The notes below the pieces were generated by a model. It was given only the letters and a program-made list of their open reading frames with translations, made no database searches and was not told where the DNA came from. A stretch of 54,503 nucleotides of DNA from an uncultured Acetobacteraceae bacterium (GTDB taxonomy: Bacteria > Pseudomonadota > Alphaproteobacteria > Acetobacterales > Acetobacteraceae), in the NCBI GenBank assembly GCA_964242425.1, contig CAXTCK010000002.1:1-54503 (forward strand), given 5' to 3'. Made by a program: the position numbers and the translations under genes. This document shows, one piece after another, positions 1 to 8,810 of this stretch; positions within the stretch are counted from its first letter, which is position 1; every line of letters starts with the position of its first letter.

Positions 1-100
1 GCTCCGCACCCGCCCGGCATCCGGTGCCGATCATCCCCACGGCGCGCGGCGTCGAGTCACCCCCCGCGGCGCGCGGCGCCGACCCACAGTGAAGGCGATC

Positions 101-826
101 ATGACCAACATCGATGCTGCCGGACCGGCCCAGGGCTCCACCGCGAGCCAGGCGGAGGACACCGCCCCCCTCGCGCGCGACTTCCAGGACCTGCTGACGT
201 CGGGCAAGGGCGGCGCTCCGGCGATGATAACCATTACCCTGGCGCACGGCGGCGGAACGGCATCGGGCCAGCCGGCCGCGTTCGCGAAGCCGATCGTGAT
301 CACGGCAGTGAACGGGCACGATCAGATGTCGGGCGGGCCCGGTGGCCTGGGAGGCGGGTCGATCGTGATCACCGCGGTGCATGGCGAGCAGCCGACGGCG
401 CTGCCGGATGCGGTGGAACCACGCATGACGACCATCACCGCAGTACGCGACGGCGCCGCCGCTGAGCACGCGCCGGACTTCCGCATGATCACGGTGATGC
501 ACGGCGGCGAACAGCCCACGGCGCTGCCGGATGCGACGGGCCCGCGCATGGTGACCATCACCGCGGTGCGCGGCGATGGCGTCTCGGAGCACCGGCCGGA
601 TTTCCGCGTCATCACGATGGTGCACGGCGGCGAACAGCCCACGGCGCTGCCGGATGCCTCGGGCCCGCGCATGGTGACCATCACTGCGGTGCGCGGCGAT
701 GGCGCCTCGCACGGGCCGGACCTGCGCGTGATCACGATGGTGCACGGCGGCGATCATGCGCCGGCGCTTCCGGACGCCGCGATCCCGCGCACGATAACCA
801 TCACCGTCGTCAACAAGCCGGAATGA
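101..826 (+). CDS. Repeat-rich protein (241 aa); candidate multi-core RiPP precursor
   Basis: ATG at 101 follows GAAGG; the ORF track starts at GTG 89. GC-rich third positions. Internal repeats of 40-41 aa keep the reading frame. Confidence 0.8.
   Translation: MTNIDAAGPAQGSTASQAEDTAPLARDFQDLLTSGKGGAPAMITITLAHGGGTASGQPAAFAKPIVITAVNGHDQMSGGPGGLGGGSIVITAVHGEQPTALPDAVEPRMTTITAVRDGAAAEHAPDFRMITVMHGGEQPTALPDATGPRMVTITAVRGDGVSEHRPDFRVITMVHGGEQPTALPDASGPRMVTITAVRGDGASHGPDLRVITMVHGGDHAPALPDAAIPRTITITVVNKPE
368..810 (+). repeat. Coding tandem repeat, about 3.7 copies of a 120-123 bp unit
   Basis: Units begin with ATCAC at 368, 488, 611 and 731. Units 2 and 3 are nearly identical (cacggcggcgaacagcccacggcgctgccggatgc...gggcccgcgcatggtgaccatcac). 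Confidence 0.95.
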
Positions 827-841
827 CCGGATCCTGAACGC

Positions 842-872
842 CCTGCCCGGGCCACGGAGGCCCGGGGACAGG
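842..872 (+). terminator. GC-rich stem-loop after the repeat gene (terminator or mRNA stabiliser)
   Basis: CCCGGGCC-acgga-GGCCCGGG perfect 8-bp stem at 846-866; no U-tract. Confidence 0.4.
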
Positions 873-1139
873 CGGCACGGTGATTGCCGGGCCGACCCCC
901 GAACGCGGTGGCGCGCGGATCGCGGCGTCTTGTAGCCGCGATGCGGTCCGGGCAGGCCGGTGGCGGCGCGGGCGTTCCGTCGCTGGCTGTTGCCGCCCGG
1001 AAGGCGATGGTCGGACCATCCGGAACAGCACGCTGCCCGATCCGGCGCGGCCGGGTTGACCGGTCGGAGCGGCTTCATCCAGGGTCGCTTCGGGGATGTT
1101 CCGAACGGGTTGCGATGATGATGTTCAAGCGAGCATTGG

Positions 1140-2795
1140 ATGTCTGAGGATCGCGGGGCCGGAGGTGCCGTGGACCGTGCCCGCCTGGAAGCCGTGTTCG
1201 GCAACAACACGAGCACCGTGCTGGCGCTCGGCGACTGGCTGCTGGCGAACGGGCGGGCCACGGAAGCGGAGCAGCTCCTGCAGCCGCTGGTCGCCCTCCA
1301 TCCGGACAACGCGCCGGCCCTGGCGGCCCTGGGCCTGGCGCAGCTGGCGACGGGACAGGACGAGCGCGGGCTCGCGGCGCTCGCCGGCGCCTTCGCGCTC
1401 GAGCCTTCCCATACGCGCATACCGGCGCAGCTGGTTCACGGCTACGGGGCGGCGGGACGCGCCGATACCGCGAGCGCGCTGCTGAAGCAGGCGGCGGAAC
1501 GGCATCCGGGGCTGGGCCACCTGCGCCTCGCCCGGAGCAGGGCGCTGGTAAGCCTCGGGCTGATGCAGGAGGCGCTCCAGGAGCTTCTGCTGGCGGCCCG
1601 GTCATTGCCTAACCTGGTCGAGGTGTGGAAGGCGCTGGTGCACCTCCAGCTTCGGCTGGCCGGATCCTTCGACGCCACCATCAACAGCTGCCGCAAGGTG
1701 GTCGAGCTCGAACCCACGCCGGAGAACCACGGCAACCTCGCCTTCGCGCTGCAACGGGCGGGACGCTACGACGAGGCGCGGGAGCCCATCGTGCTGGGCC
1801 TGCCCTGGAAGCGATGGGCGGCGGGTCCGGCGTTGCTGGACGGGCGCCTGCGCGTCGGCATCCTGACGGCGCCCGGGTTCGTCAACACGCCGACGGAGTT
1901 CCTGGTGGACCACACCGGCCGGCTGGTGGACACCATCCCGCTGCTGAACGGCGTTCCCTATCCGATGGCGCAGATCGCGCGCAGCTACGACGTGTTCTTC
2001 AACGCGATCGCGGATGCGGACGGTGCTGCGGAAGCGATGCGCCTGGCGGACCGCCTGCTCGCGGACATGCCGGTGCCCGTGCTGAACCGGCCGGCCGAAG
2101 CGGCCAGGACCACGCGCGACCAGATCGCCGCCCGCCTCCGCGACATACCGGAAGCCGTGGTCCCGGCGACGCGCCGGGTGCAGCGACAGGTCCTGCTCCG
2201 CGGCGAGGCGGCGGTCCTGCTGGAGGAGGTCGGCTTTCCCCTGCTGAGCCGCCCGATCGGCAGCCACGGCGGCGACGATGTGCGCAAGGCGGACGACGAG
2301 AAAACGCTGCGCCGCCACGCCGAGGGCGACGGCACGGACGAGCTGTACCTGACGCGGTTCGTGGAATACGCGTCGGACGACGGCGTCTACCGGAAGTACC
2401 GGGTGGTGTTCGTCGGCGGCGTCATGTTCCCCTACCACCTGTCGGTCAGCGCCGGCTGGCTGAACCACTATTTCCGCTCCGACATGAGCCGCAGCGAGCA
2501 GCATCGTCTCGAGGAGGCGGAGTTCCTGGACGAGCCGGAGCGGCACCTAGGCCCGCTTGCCGTGGCCGCGCTGCGCACCATCGCGGAACGGATCGACCTG
2601 GACTATTTCGGGGTGGACTTCGCCTTGCACCGCGACGGGCGCCTCGTGCTGTTCGAGTGCAACCCGGTGATGCTGATCATGACGCCGCAGACGGCGCTGT
2701 TCAGGTATCGCCACGAGGCGGCGCTGAAGATACGCAACGCGTTCAGCGACCTGCTGCGGCGCAAGGCGGCGCAGCACCGGGCTAGCCCAGGGTAG
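1140..2795 (+). CDS. TPR-repeat plus RimK-like ATP-grasp ligase
   Basis: N-terminal ~215 aa of Ala/Leu-rich TPR-like helices. C-terminal ATP-grasp motifs GFPLLSRPIGSHGG, LYLTRFVE, YRKYRVVFVGG and DYFGVDF...DGRLVLFECNP. Confidence 0.88.
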   Translation: MSEDRGAGGAVDRARLEAVFGNNTSTVLALGDWLLANGRATEAEQLLQPLVALHPDNAPALAALGLAQLATGQDERGLAALAGAFALEPSHTRIPAQLVHGYGAAGRADTASALLKQAAERHPGLGHLRLARSRALVSLGLMQEALQELLLAARSLPNLVEVWKALVHLQLRLAGSFDATINSCRKVVELEPTPENHGNLAFALQRAGRYDEAREPIVLGLPWKRWAAGPALLDGRLRVGILTAPGFVNTPTEFLVDHTGRLVDTIPLLNGVPYPMAQIARSYDVFFNAIADADGAAEAMRLADRLLADMPVPVLNRPAEAARTTRDQIAARLRDIPEAVVPATRRVQRQVLLRGEAAVLLEEVGFPLLSRPIGSHGGDDVRKADDEKTLRRHAEGDGTDELYLTRFVEYASDDGVYRKYRVVFVGGVMFPYHLSVSAGWLNHYFRSDMSRSEQHRLEEAEFLDEPERHLGPLAVAALRTIAERIDLDYFGVDFALHRDGRLVLFECNPVMLIMTPQTALFRYRHEAALKIRNAFSDLLRRKAAQHRASPG

Positions 2796-3117
2796 AAGCG
2801 TCGACCAACCCGCAGCGGGGAAGCCGGACTCGCGTCCGACCCCCTTCCGCCGATGAGGACGGCCAGAGCAGCGCGTCGTCGCGGTCACGCTGCGACAGTC
2901 CAGACGGACCGAGCCGACGCAGCGCGTCGCACTCGCGGTGCAGCCGGGCGGCGACCGCGCCCGCGGACACGTCGTCTAGCCGCAGCTCGGCGTCATGCAC
3001 GCCGAGCCCGGTGGCGACGAAAAGCCCAGCGGCCCGGTCGGCGCGGTAATGGGCAACAGCGAGCGGCGCCATCGCCCACACGGCGACAAGGGCAGTGCGG
3101 ACGAGGATCCCGTTCAT
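2782..3117 (-). CDS. Hypothetical protein with hydrophobic N-terminus
   Basis: Fills the gap downstream of infC. ATG at 3117 begins MNGILVRTALVAVWAMAPLAVA. No recognised motif. Confidence 0.35.
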   Translation of the reverse strand: MNGILVRTALVAVWAMAPLAVAHYRADRAAGLFVATGLGVHDAELRLDDVSAGAVAARLHRECDALRRLGPSGLSQRDRDDALLWPSSSAEGGRTRVRLPRCGLVDASTLG

Positions 3118-3189
3118 GGAAGGCAGGATGAGCCGGAACGAAGCGGACACGGACGGACCGGCCAACGACCGGCCGGGACCGGAACGGGT

Positions 3190-3726
3190 TCAGCGCGGAG
3201 ACAGCACCATGATCATCTGGCGGTTCTCCATGCGCGGCATCTGCTCGACCTTGGCACGCTCGTCCATGTCGCCGCGTATGCGCTCCAGCACCTTCACGCC
3301 GAGGTCCTGGTGCGCCATCTCGCGGCCGCGGAAGCGCAGCGTCACCTTCACCTTGTCGCCCTCCTCGATGAAGGACTTCATGGCACGCATCTTAACCTGG
3401 TAGTCGTTTTCGTCGATGTTCGGACGAACCTTGACCTCCTTGATCTCGATGACCTTCTGCTTCTTGCGCGCCTCGTTCTTCTTCTTCTGCTGCTCGTACT
3501 TGAACTTGCCGTAGTCCAGGATCTTGACCACCGGCGGCTCGGCGTTGGGGCTGATCTCCAGCAGGTCGAGGCCGACGGAGAAGGCGCGCTGCATCGCGTC
3601 GCGTGTGGTCATCACGCCCTGCATCTCGCCTTCCTCGTCGATCAGGCGGACGTTGGGGACGCGGATCTCTTCGTTGACGCGCGGGCCGTCGCGCGTCGGC
3701 GCCGCCTGCATCGGGGGTCTGGCTAT
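3190..3726 (-). CDS. infC: Translation initiation factor IF-3 (ATA start)
   Basis: [45 protein letters not shown] lies 7 nt before ATA at 3726. Downstream of thrS. Confidence 0.97.
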   Translation of the reverse strand: MARPPMQAAPTRDGPRVNEEIRVPNVRLIDEEGEMQGVMTTRDAMQRAFSVGLDLLEISPNAEPPVVKILDYGKFKYEQQKKKNEARKKQKVIEIKEVKVRPNIDENDYQVKMRAMKSFIEEGDKVKVTLRFRGREMAHQDLGVKVLERIRGDMDERAKVEQMPRMENRQMIMVLSPR

Positions 3727-3862
3727 CGGACTGCTCCTGTTGTTGTGGACGGGGTGCCGCAACCTGCTTCGCAGGTGCAACGGTCAGGCGAAGACGCTAG
3801 CACGCTACGCTTGTCAAGGGATGAGGATCAGGCGCAACCCTGAGTCGACAAGGAAAAGGGCC

Positions 3863-5803
3863 TCAGGCCGACGCGCGCTTCAGATCGGGAGGCGTCGCTT
3901 CCAGCGCAAGGGCGGCGACGGCCTCCTCCAGCCCGAGCAGCTCCTGGTCGGCGCCGCCGAGCCGGCGCATCGCCACCGTGCGCGCTTCCGCCTCCTTGCG
4001 GCCCACCACCAGGATCACGGGAACACGCGCCAGGCTGTGGGTGCGAATCTTTGCGTTGATCTTCTCGTTGGCGGTGTCGGCCTGCACCGCGAGGCCGGCG
4101 CGGCGCAGGGCATCAGCGACCTCCAGCGCATACGGCTCGGCGTCGGACACGATGCTGGCCACCACCACCTGCACCGGCGCCAGCCAGAGCGGGAAGCGGC
4201 CGGCGAACTGCTCGATCAGGATGCCGAGGAAGCGCTCGAACGAGCCCAGGATCGCGCGGTGCAGCATCACCGGGCGGTGGCGGGCGCTGTCCTCGCCCAC
4301 GTAGGAGGCGTCGAGGCGCTCGGGCAGCACGGTGTCCACCTGCAGCGTGCCGCACTGCCAGTCGCGGCCGATGGCGTCGCGCAGCACGAACTCGAGCTTG
4401 GGGCCGTAGAACGCCCCCTCCCCCGGGTTCAGCTCGTACTCGACGCCGGCCAGGCGGCAGGCCTCCACCAGGGCGGCCTCGGACTTGTCCCAGGCGGCGT
4501 CGTCGCCGGCGCGGTTGTCCGGGCGGTCGGCGAACTTGACCCGGAAGCCGTCGAAGCCGAGATCGCGGTACACCTCGGCCAGCATGGCGACGAACTTCGC
4601 GGTCTCGGGCGCGATCTGCTGCTCGGTGCAGAAGATGTGCGCGTCGTCCTGCACGAAGCCGCGCACGCGCATGATGCCGTGCAGCGCACCGGACGGCTCG
4701 TAGCGGTGGCAGGCGCCGAACTCGGCCATGCGCAACGGCAGCTCGCGGTAGGAGCGAAGGCCATGGCGGAAGATCTGCACGTGGCACGGGCAGTTCATCG
4801 GCTTCAGCGCCAGCACGCGCCGTTCCTGCTCGTCCTCCACCGAGGCCACGAACATGTGCTCGCGGTAGTTCTCCCAGTGCCCGGAGGCTTCCCACAGTGC
4901 GCGGTCCACCAGCAGCGGCGTGCGCACCTCCTGGTAGCCGCTGCGGTTCTGCGCCCGGCGCATGTACTCCTGCAGGGTCGAGTACAGCCGCCAGCCCTTG
5001 GGATGCCAGAAGATCTGGCCGGTGGCCTCCTCCTGGATGTGGAACAGGTCCATCTCGCGGCCGATGCGTCGGTGGTCGCGGCGCTCGGCCTCCTCCAGCT
5101 GGTGCAGGTGGGCGTCGAGTTCCTTTCCGTCGCGCCAGGCGGTCGCGTAGATGCGCGTGAGCATTGGGTTGCGGTGATCGCCGCGCCAGTAGGCTCCCGC
5201 CACCTTCATCAGCTTGAACGCGGTGCCGACGTCGCCCGTGCCGCGCATGTGCGGGCCGCGGCACAGGTCGAGCCACTCACCCTGGCGGTAGATCGAGATG
5301 GTCTCGGTCTCGGGGAGGTCGCGGATCAGCTCGGCCTTGTAGCGCTCGCCACGTTTCTCGAAAAAGGCGATGGCGTCGTCGCGCGGCCATTCCTCGCGCC
5401 GGAACGGAGCGTTGGCGGCGACGATCTCGCGCATGCGCGCCTCGATGGCCGGGAAGTCGTCGGGCGTGAACGGCTCGTTGCGGGCGAAGTCGTAGTAGAA
5501 GCCGTTCTCGATCGCGGGTCCGATGGTGACCTGGGTGCCCGGGTAGAGGCCCTGCACCGCTTCGGCCAGCACGTGGGCGGCGTCGTGACGGATCAGGCCG
5601 AGGGCCGTCTCGTCGCGACGGGTGACGAAGCGGGCCGACGCGTCCTCGGCGATCGCGGTGTCGAGATCGACCAGCCGGCCGTCGAGCTCCATCGCGAGTG
5701 CTGCCTTGGCCAGGCCGGGCCCGATCGCGGCGGCCACCGCCGCGCCGGTCACCGGGCCGTCGTACTGGCGGACGGTTCCGTCTGGCAGGGTGATGGCAGG
5801 CAT
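3863..5803 (-). CDS. thrS: Threonine--tRNA ligase
   Basis: TGS start [48 protein letters not shown] before ATG 5803. Confidence 0.99.
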   Translation of the reverse strand: MPAITLPDGTVRQYDGPVTGAAVAAAIGPGLAKAALAMELDGRLVDLDTAIAEDASARFVTRRDETALGLIRHDAAHVLAEAVQGLYPGTQVTIGPAIENGFYYDFARNEPFTPDDFPAIEARMREIVAANAPFRREEWPRDDAIAFFEKRGERYKAELIRDLPETETISIYRQGEWLDLCRGPHMRGTGDVGTAFKLMKVAGAYWRGDHRNPMLTRIYATAWRDGKELDAHLHQLEEAERRDHRRIGREMDLFHIQEEATGQIFWHPKGWRLYSTLQEYMRRAQNRSGYQEVRTPLLVDRALWEASGHWENYREHMFVASVEDEQERRVLALKPMNCPCHVQIFRHGLRSYRELPLRMAEFGACHRYEPSGALHGIMRVRGFVQDDAHIFCTEQQIAPETAKFVAMLAEVYRDLGFDGFRVKFADRPDNRAGDDAAWDKSEAALVEACRLAGVEYELNPGEGAFYGPKLEFVLRDAIGRDWQCGTLQVDTVLPERLDASYVGEDSARHRPVMLHRAILGSFERFLGILIEQFAGRFPLWLAPVQVVVASIVSDAEPYALEVADALRRAGLAVQADTANEKINAKIRTHSLARVPVILVVGRKEAEARTVAMRRLGGADQELLGLEEAVAALALEATPPDLKRASA

Positions 5804-5919
5804 GGACGCATCTCCGGTAGGCATGGCAGCACGAATGCCTCCTATGGCGGCAGGCAACCGGGGTCGCAACCCTTCACGGGCGGACTCCCCGCGACCATGC
5901 GGACGGAACGGACAGCCTC

Positions 5920-6495
5920 TTGCAGAACGCGATCACGCTGTCGATCAACGGCTACCGGCACTTCATCGAGGCGTTCCGGCGCAACTGCACCCGGGGTGCC
6001 GGCGAGTTCGACGTCAGCAGCCTGGTCAACGGAAGGACCAGGGGCTTCCGGTTCCGGCGCAAGGACGAGTACCTGGTCGCGATCGACAACCTCGGCACCG
6101 GCCAGTTCAAGCCGCTCCAGGAGAAGCCGGTCCACCACGGACACCACCAGAACATGATGCCGGTGAAGACCCTCACCAGGAGCAGCGTGGAAACGGCGTT
6201 CTCGCAGAACTTCGCCGGCCGCTACGACGGATGGAGCGCCGACCTGCGCGTGGTGGTGTTCATGACTGCCGAGGCGGCCCGGTCGGAGGTGATCTACCGC
6301 GCGGCGCAGGACGTGCTGCGCGGCAAGACGATCGGGTACGACGACTTCAAGCACTACCTGAAGACGTACGACAAGAACCGGACCATGAACGGCCTGTCGA
6401 GCGACGCCTTCACGCCGCTGGACACGTTCGACTACCGCGACGCGAGCTTCCTCAACGACAAGCTGACGCTAGCCAACCTCAAGGCCGGGGCCTAG
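5920..6495 (+). CDS. Putative ribosome-inactivating protein (RIP)-like N-glycosidase
   Basis: TTG start with strong GC3 codon bias. Motifs [20 protein letters not shown] and [14 protein letters not shown] match RIP-family motifs in order (by eye). Confidence 0.68.
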   Translation: MQNAITLSINGYRHFIEAFRRNCTRGAGEFDVSSLVNGRTRGFRFRRKDEYLVAIDNLGTGQFKPLQEKPVHHGHHQNMMPVKTLTRSSVETAFSQNFAGRYDGWSADLRVVVFMTAEAARSEVIYRAAQDVLRGKTIGYDDFKHYLKTYDKNRTMNGLSSDAFTPLDTFDYRDASFLNDKLTLANLKAGA

Positions 6496-7449
6496 CCGCC
6501 CGGCGACGGTGGCCACGTCCAGGGTCGACAGGTCCGGGACGCGCAGCACCTGCACCTGCCCGTCGCGCCGGCCGACCGGCGCGGAAAGAACCGGATCGCT
6601 TTCGTTCGAGAACAGCACGAGGCAGGAACAGCCCATCGCGGCGGCGAGGTGCATGGGGCCGGTATCGTTGCCGACCGCGAGCGCTGCGCGGGAGGCGAGG
6701 CGGCCGAGTTCCAGAAGGGTGGTGCGGCCGGTCAGGTCGAGTGCCGCCGGGCAGATGCGCCGGATCGCGTCGGCGAGCGGCGCGTCGGCGCCGGTGCCCA
6801 ACACCACCGGGATCATGCCGGCCGCGGCCAGCCGGCTTGCCAGGACGCCGAAGCGTTCCGCCGGCCAGCGCTTCGCCGGACGGTGCGGCGCTGCCCCCGG
6901 CACCAGCAGCGCCAGGCGGGTGGACGGCAGCGAAGCGGGCGGCAGCGGGGCGGGCAGCATCGCGCCGTGCGCCGCCAGCCACGACAGGTCGGGATCGGGG
7001 ACCGCGGGAATACCGGCCTGGGCGAGCTGGCCCGCCTGTCGGCGGCGGGTATGCAGCCGGTCGCGGTCGGGGTCGCGGTCGGGAAGCGAGCAGCCGGGCG
7101 CGATGCCGGACCAGGAGGGGCGGCCCGCGAGCCGGTGGTAGCGCGACGAGCGCCCGGAGGTCTGCAGGTCATAAACGAGGTCGAAGCCGGACAGCAGGCG
7201 GCGCAGGCGACCGAGGCCGCGCAGGTTCCAGAACGCCGGGCGGCTGTCGATGGCGACTGCGTCGAACCAGGGGCTGGCGGAAGCGAGGCCGAGAAACGGC
7301 GCGGTGGTCAGAAGGGTGACGTGCGCGTCCGGATGGTGCGCACGTATGGCGGCGAACGGGGCGAAGGCCAGCACCACGTCGCCGAGCGCACCCAGCTTGA
7401 TCACCAGGATGCGCGTCGCGGCCGGCGCCGTCGGAAGCTCAGCCGGCAT
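6469..7449 (-). CDS. Glycosyltransferase family 9 (LPS heptosyltransferase-like)
   Basis: RILVIKLGALGDVV, AKRWP, VGNDTGPMHLAAA. ATG at 7449 overlaps the upstream GT4 stop. Confidence 0.93.
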   Translation of the reverse strand: MPAELPTAPAATRILVIKLGALGDVVLAFAPFAAIRAHHPDAHVTLLTTAPFLGLASASPWFDAVAIDSRPAFWNLRGLGRLRRLLSGFDLVYDLQTSGRSSRYHRLAGRPSWSGIAPGCSLPDRDPDRDRLHTRRRQAGQLAQAGIPAVPDPDLSWLAAHGAMLPAPLPPASLPSTRLALLVPGAAPHRPAKRWPAERFGVLASRLAAAGMIPVVLGTGADAPLADAIRRICPAALDLTGRTTLLELGRLASRAALAVGNDTGPMHLAAAMGCSCLVLFSNESDPVLSAPVGRRDGQVQVLRVPDLSTLDVATVAGRLGPGLEVG

Positions 7450-8695
7450 GGTGCGGCAGCGGCTCCTCGGGCGGCGACGGGACCGGCGGGACGCGGTGCG
7501 GGAACGGGTGGCGGAGCAGCTCCTCGTACACGTCGAGCGTCGCCTGCTGCATCGCCTGCACCGTGTAGTGCGACAGCACGCGGGCGCGAGCCTGCTCGCC
7601 GATCCGCAAGCGTTCCTCGGCAGAAAGCGACAGCACGTGCCGAAGCAGCGTCGCCAGGGCAGCGGCGTTGCCGGGCGGGAATGCATAGCCGGTAACGCCG
7701 TGCTCCACCGTTTCGAGGGCGGCGCCGTGGGAAGCGGCCAGCACCGGGCGCTGCATCGCCTGCGCTTCCACCACGGCGCGGCCGAACGGCTCTGGCTTGA
7801 GCGACGGCACCACCACCAGGTCGGCGAGCGCCAGCGCCGCCGGCATGTCGGTGCAATGCCCCGCGAAGCGGAGCCGGCCGCCGAGGCCGAGCCGTTCGGC
7901 CTGCTGCACCAGGGTGTCGGCGAAGCTCCGCCGCCCGTCGCGCGCCGGCCCGACCATGACGCAGACCCAGTCGAGACCGGGTGCCTCGCCGTGCAGCAGG
8001 GCGAGGGCGTCGAGCAGAAGCGCGTGGCCCTTCCAGGCGGTGATGCGGCCGGGAAGCATGATCACCACGGGATTGCACGGGGCGTAGTCCGGCAGCTGCC
8101 ATTGCCGGGCGAGCGTGTGGATGCGGTCGCCGCGCACCGCGAGGGGGTCGAAGGCGGCGGTGTCGGCGCCGCGCGGGATGGTGCGCAGCCGGTCGGGCCC
8201 GACGCCGTATCGGGATGCCACGCGCCCGGCGACGAAGCGGCTGATGGCGATCACGCGGTCGCCGGACGCCATCACCGCGTTGTAGGCGCGCTTGAAGGGA
8301 AAGGTCTCGCCGTACACGCCGTGCCAGGTGGTGACGAACGGGGTGCCGGTGCGCCGTGCCGCCCACCGCGCCGACCAGGCCGGCGCGCGGGAGCGCGCGT
8401 GCACGAGGTCGACGCGGTGCTGGCGGATCAGGCGAGCCAGGCGGCGGCCGTTGAGCCAGATCGAGAGCGGGTCCCTGGTCATGAGGCCGAGGGAAAGGTG
8501 GACCGCGCCGAGCCGCTCCAGCTGCGGCACCAGCCGGCCGCCTGCGCTGGCGACCAGGGCGGTGCCGCCGGCTTCCACGATCGCGCGGGCGATCTCCATG
8601 GTGCCGCGCTCGACCCCGCCGGCCTGAAGCGAGGGCAGCACCTGCAGTACGACGGGCGCCGCGCGTGCGGGCATGGGGGACGGGTGGGACGGCAT
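7439..8695 (-). CDS. Glycosyltransferase family 4
   Basis: LQVLPSLQAGGVERG, HARSRAPAW, PGRITAWKG, EPFGRAVVEA. Start uncertain (8695 or 8674). Confidence 0.93.
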   Translation of the reverse strand: MPSHPSPMPARAAPVVLQVLPSLQAGGVERGTMEIARAIVEAGGTALVASAGGRLVPQLERLGAVHLSLGLMTRDPLSIWLNGRRLARLIRQHRVDLVHARSRAPAWSARWAARRTGTPFVTTWHGVYGETFPFKRAYNAVMASGDRVIAISRFVAGRVASRYGVGPDRLRTIPRGADTAAFDPLAVRGDRIHTLARQWQLPDYAPCNPVVIMLPGRITAWKGHALLLDALALLHGEAPGLDWVCVMVGPARDGRRSFADTLVQQAERLGLGGRLRFAGHCTDMPAALALADLVVVPSLKPEPFGRAVVEAQAMQRPVLAASHGAALETVEHGVTGYAFPPGNAAALATLLRHVLSLSAEERLRIGEQARARVLSHYTVQAMQQATLDVYEELLRHPFPHRVPPVPSPPEEPLPHHAG

Positions 8696-8756
8696 GGCGG
8701 CGGCCTTAGCACGGGTGCCAGTTCCCCGCATCGCCGGCTGCGCACGCGGATTTCAT

Positions 8757-8782
8757 GCAACGCCGAGGCCGAGGGTGTCGTT
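8757..8782 (+). promoter_or_regulatory. Putative EcfG/SigT general-stress promoter
   Basis: GCAAC-N17-CGTT, one mismatch to GGAAC-N16/17-CGTT, 28 nt upstream of ATG 8811. Confidence 0.5.
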
Positions 8783-8810
8783 GCGCAAACGAGAGGACAG
8801 GAGCGGCGAC

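Noticed and set aside
167-200. PLARDFQDLL resembling the microviridin leader motif PFFARFL
   Set aside because: Similarity is too weak to count as evidence; not used to support the RiPP call.
368-810. Repeat array as a possible CRISPR
   Set aside because: Units are contiguous in-frame coding repeats of 120-123 bp without unique spacers; no cas genes.
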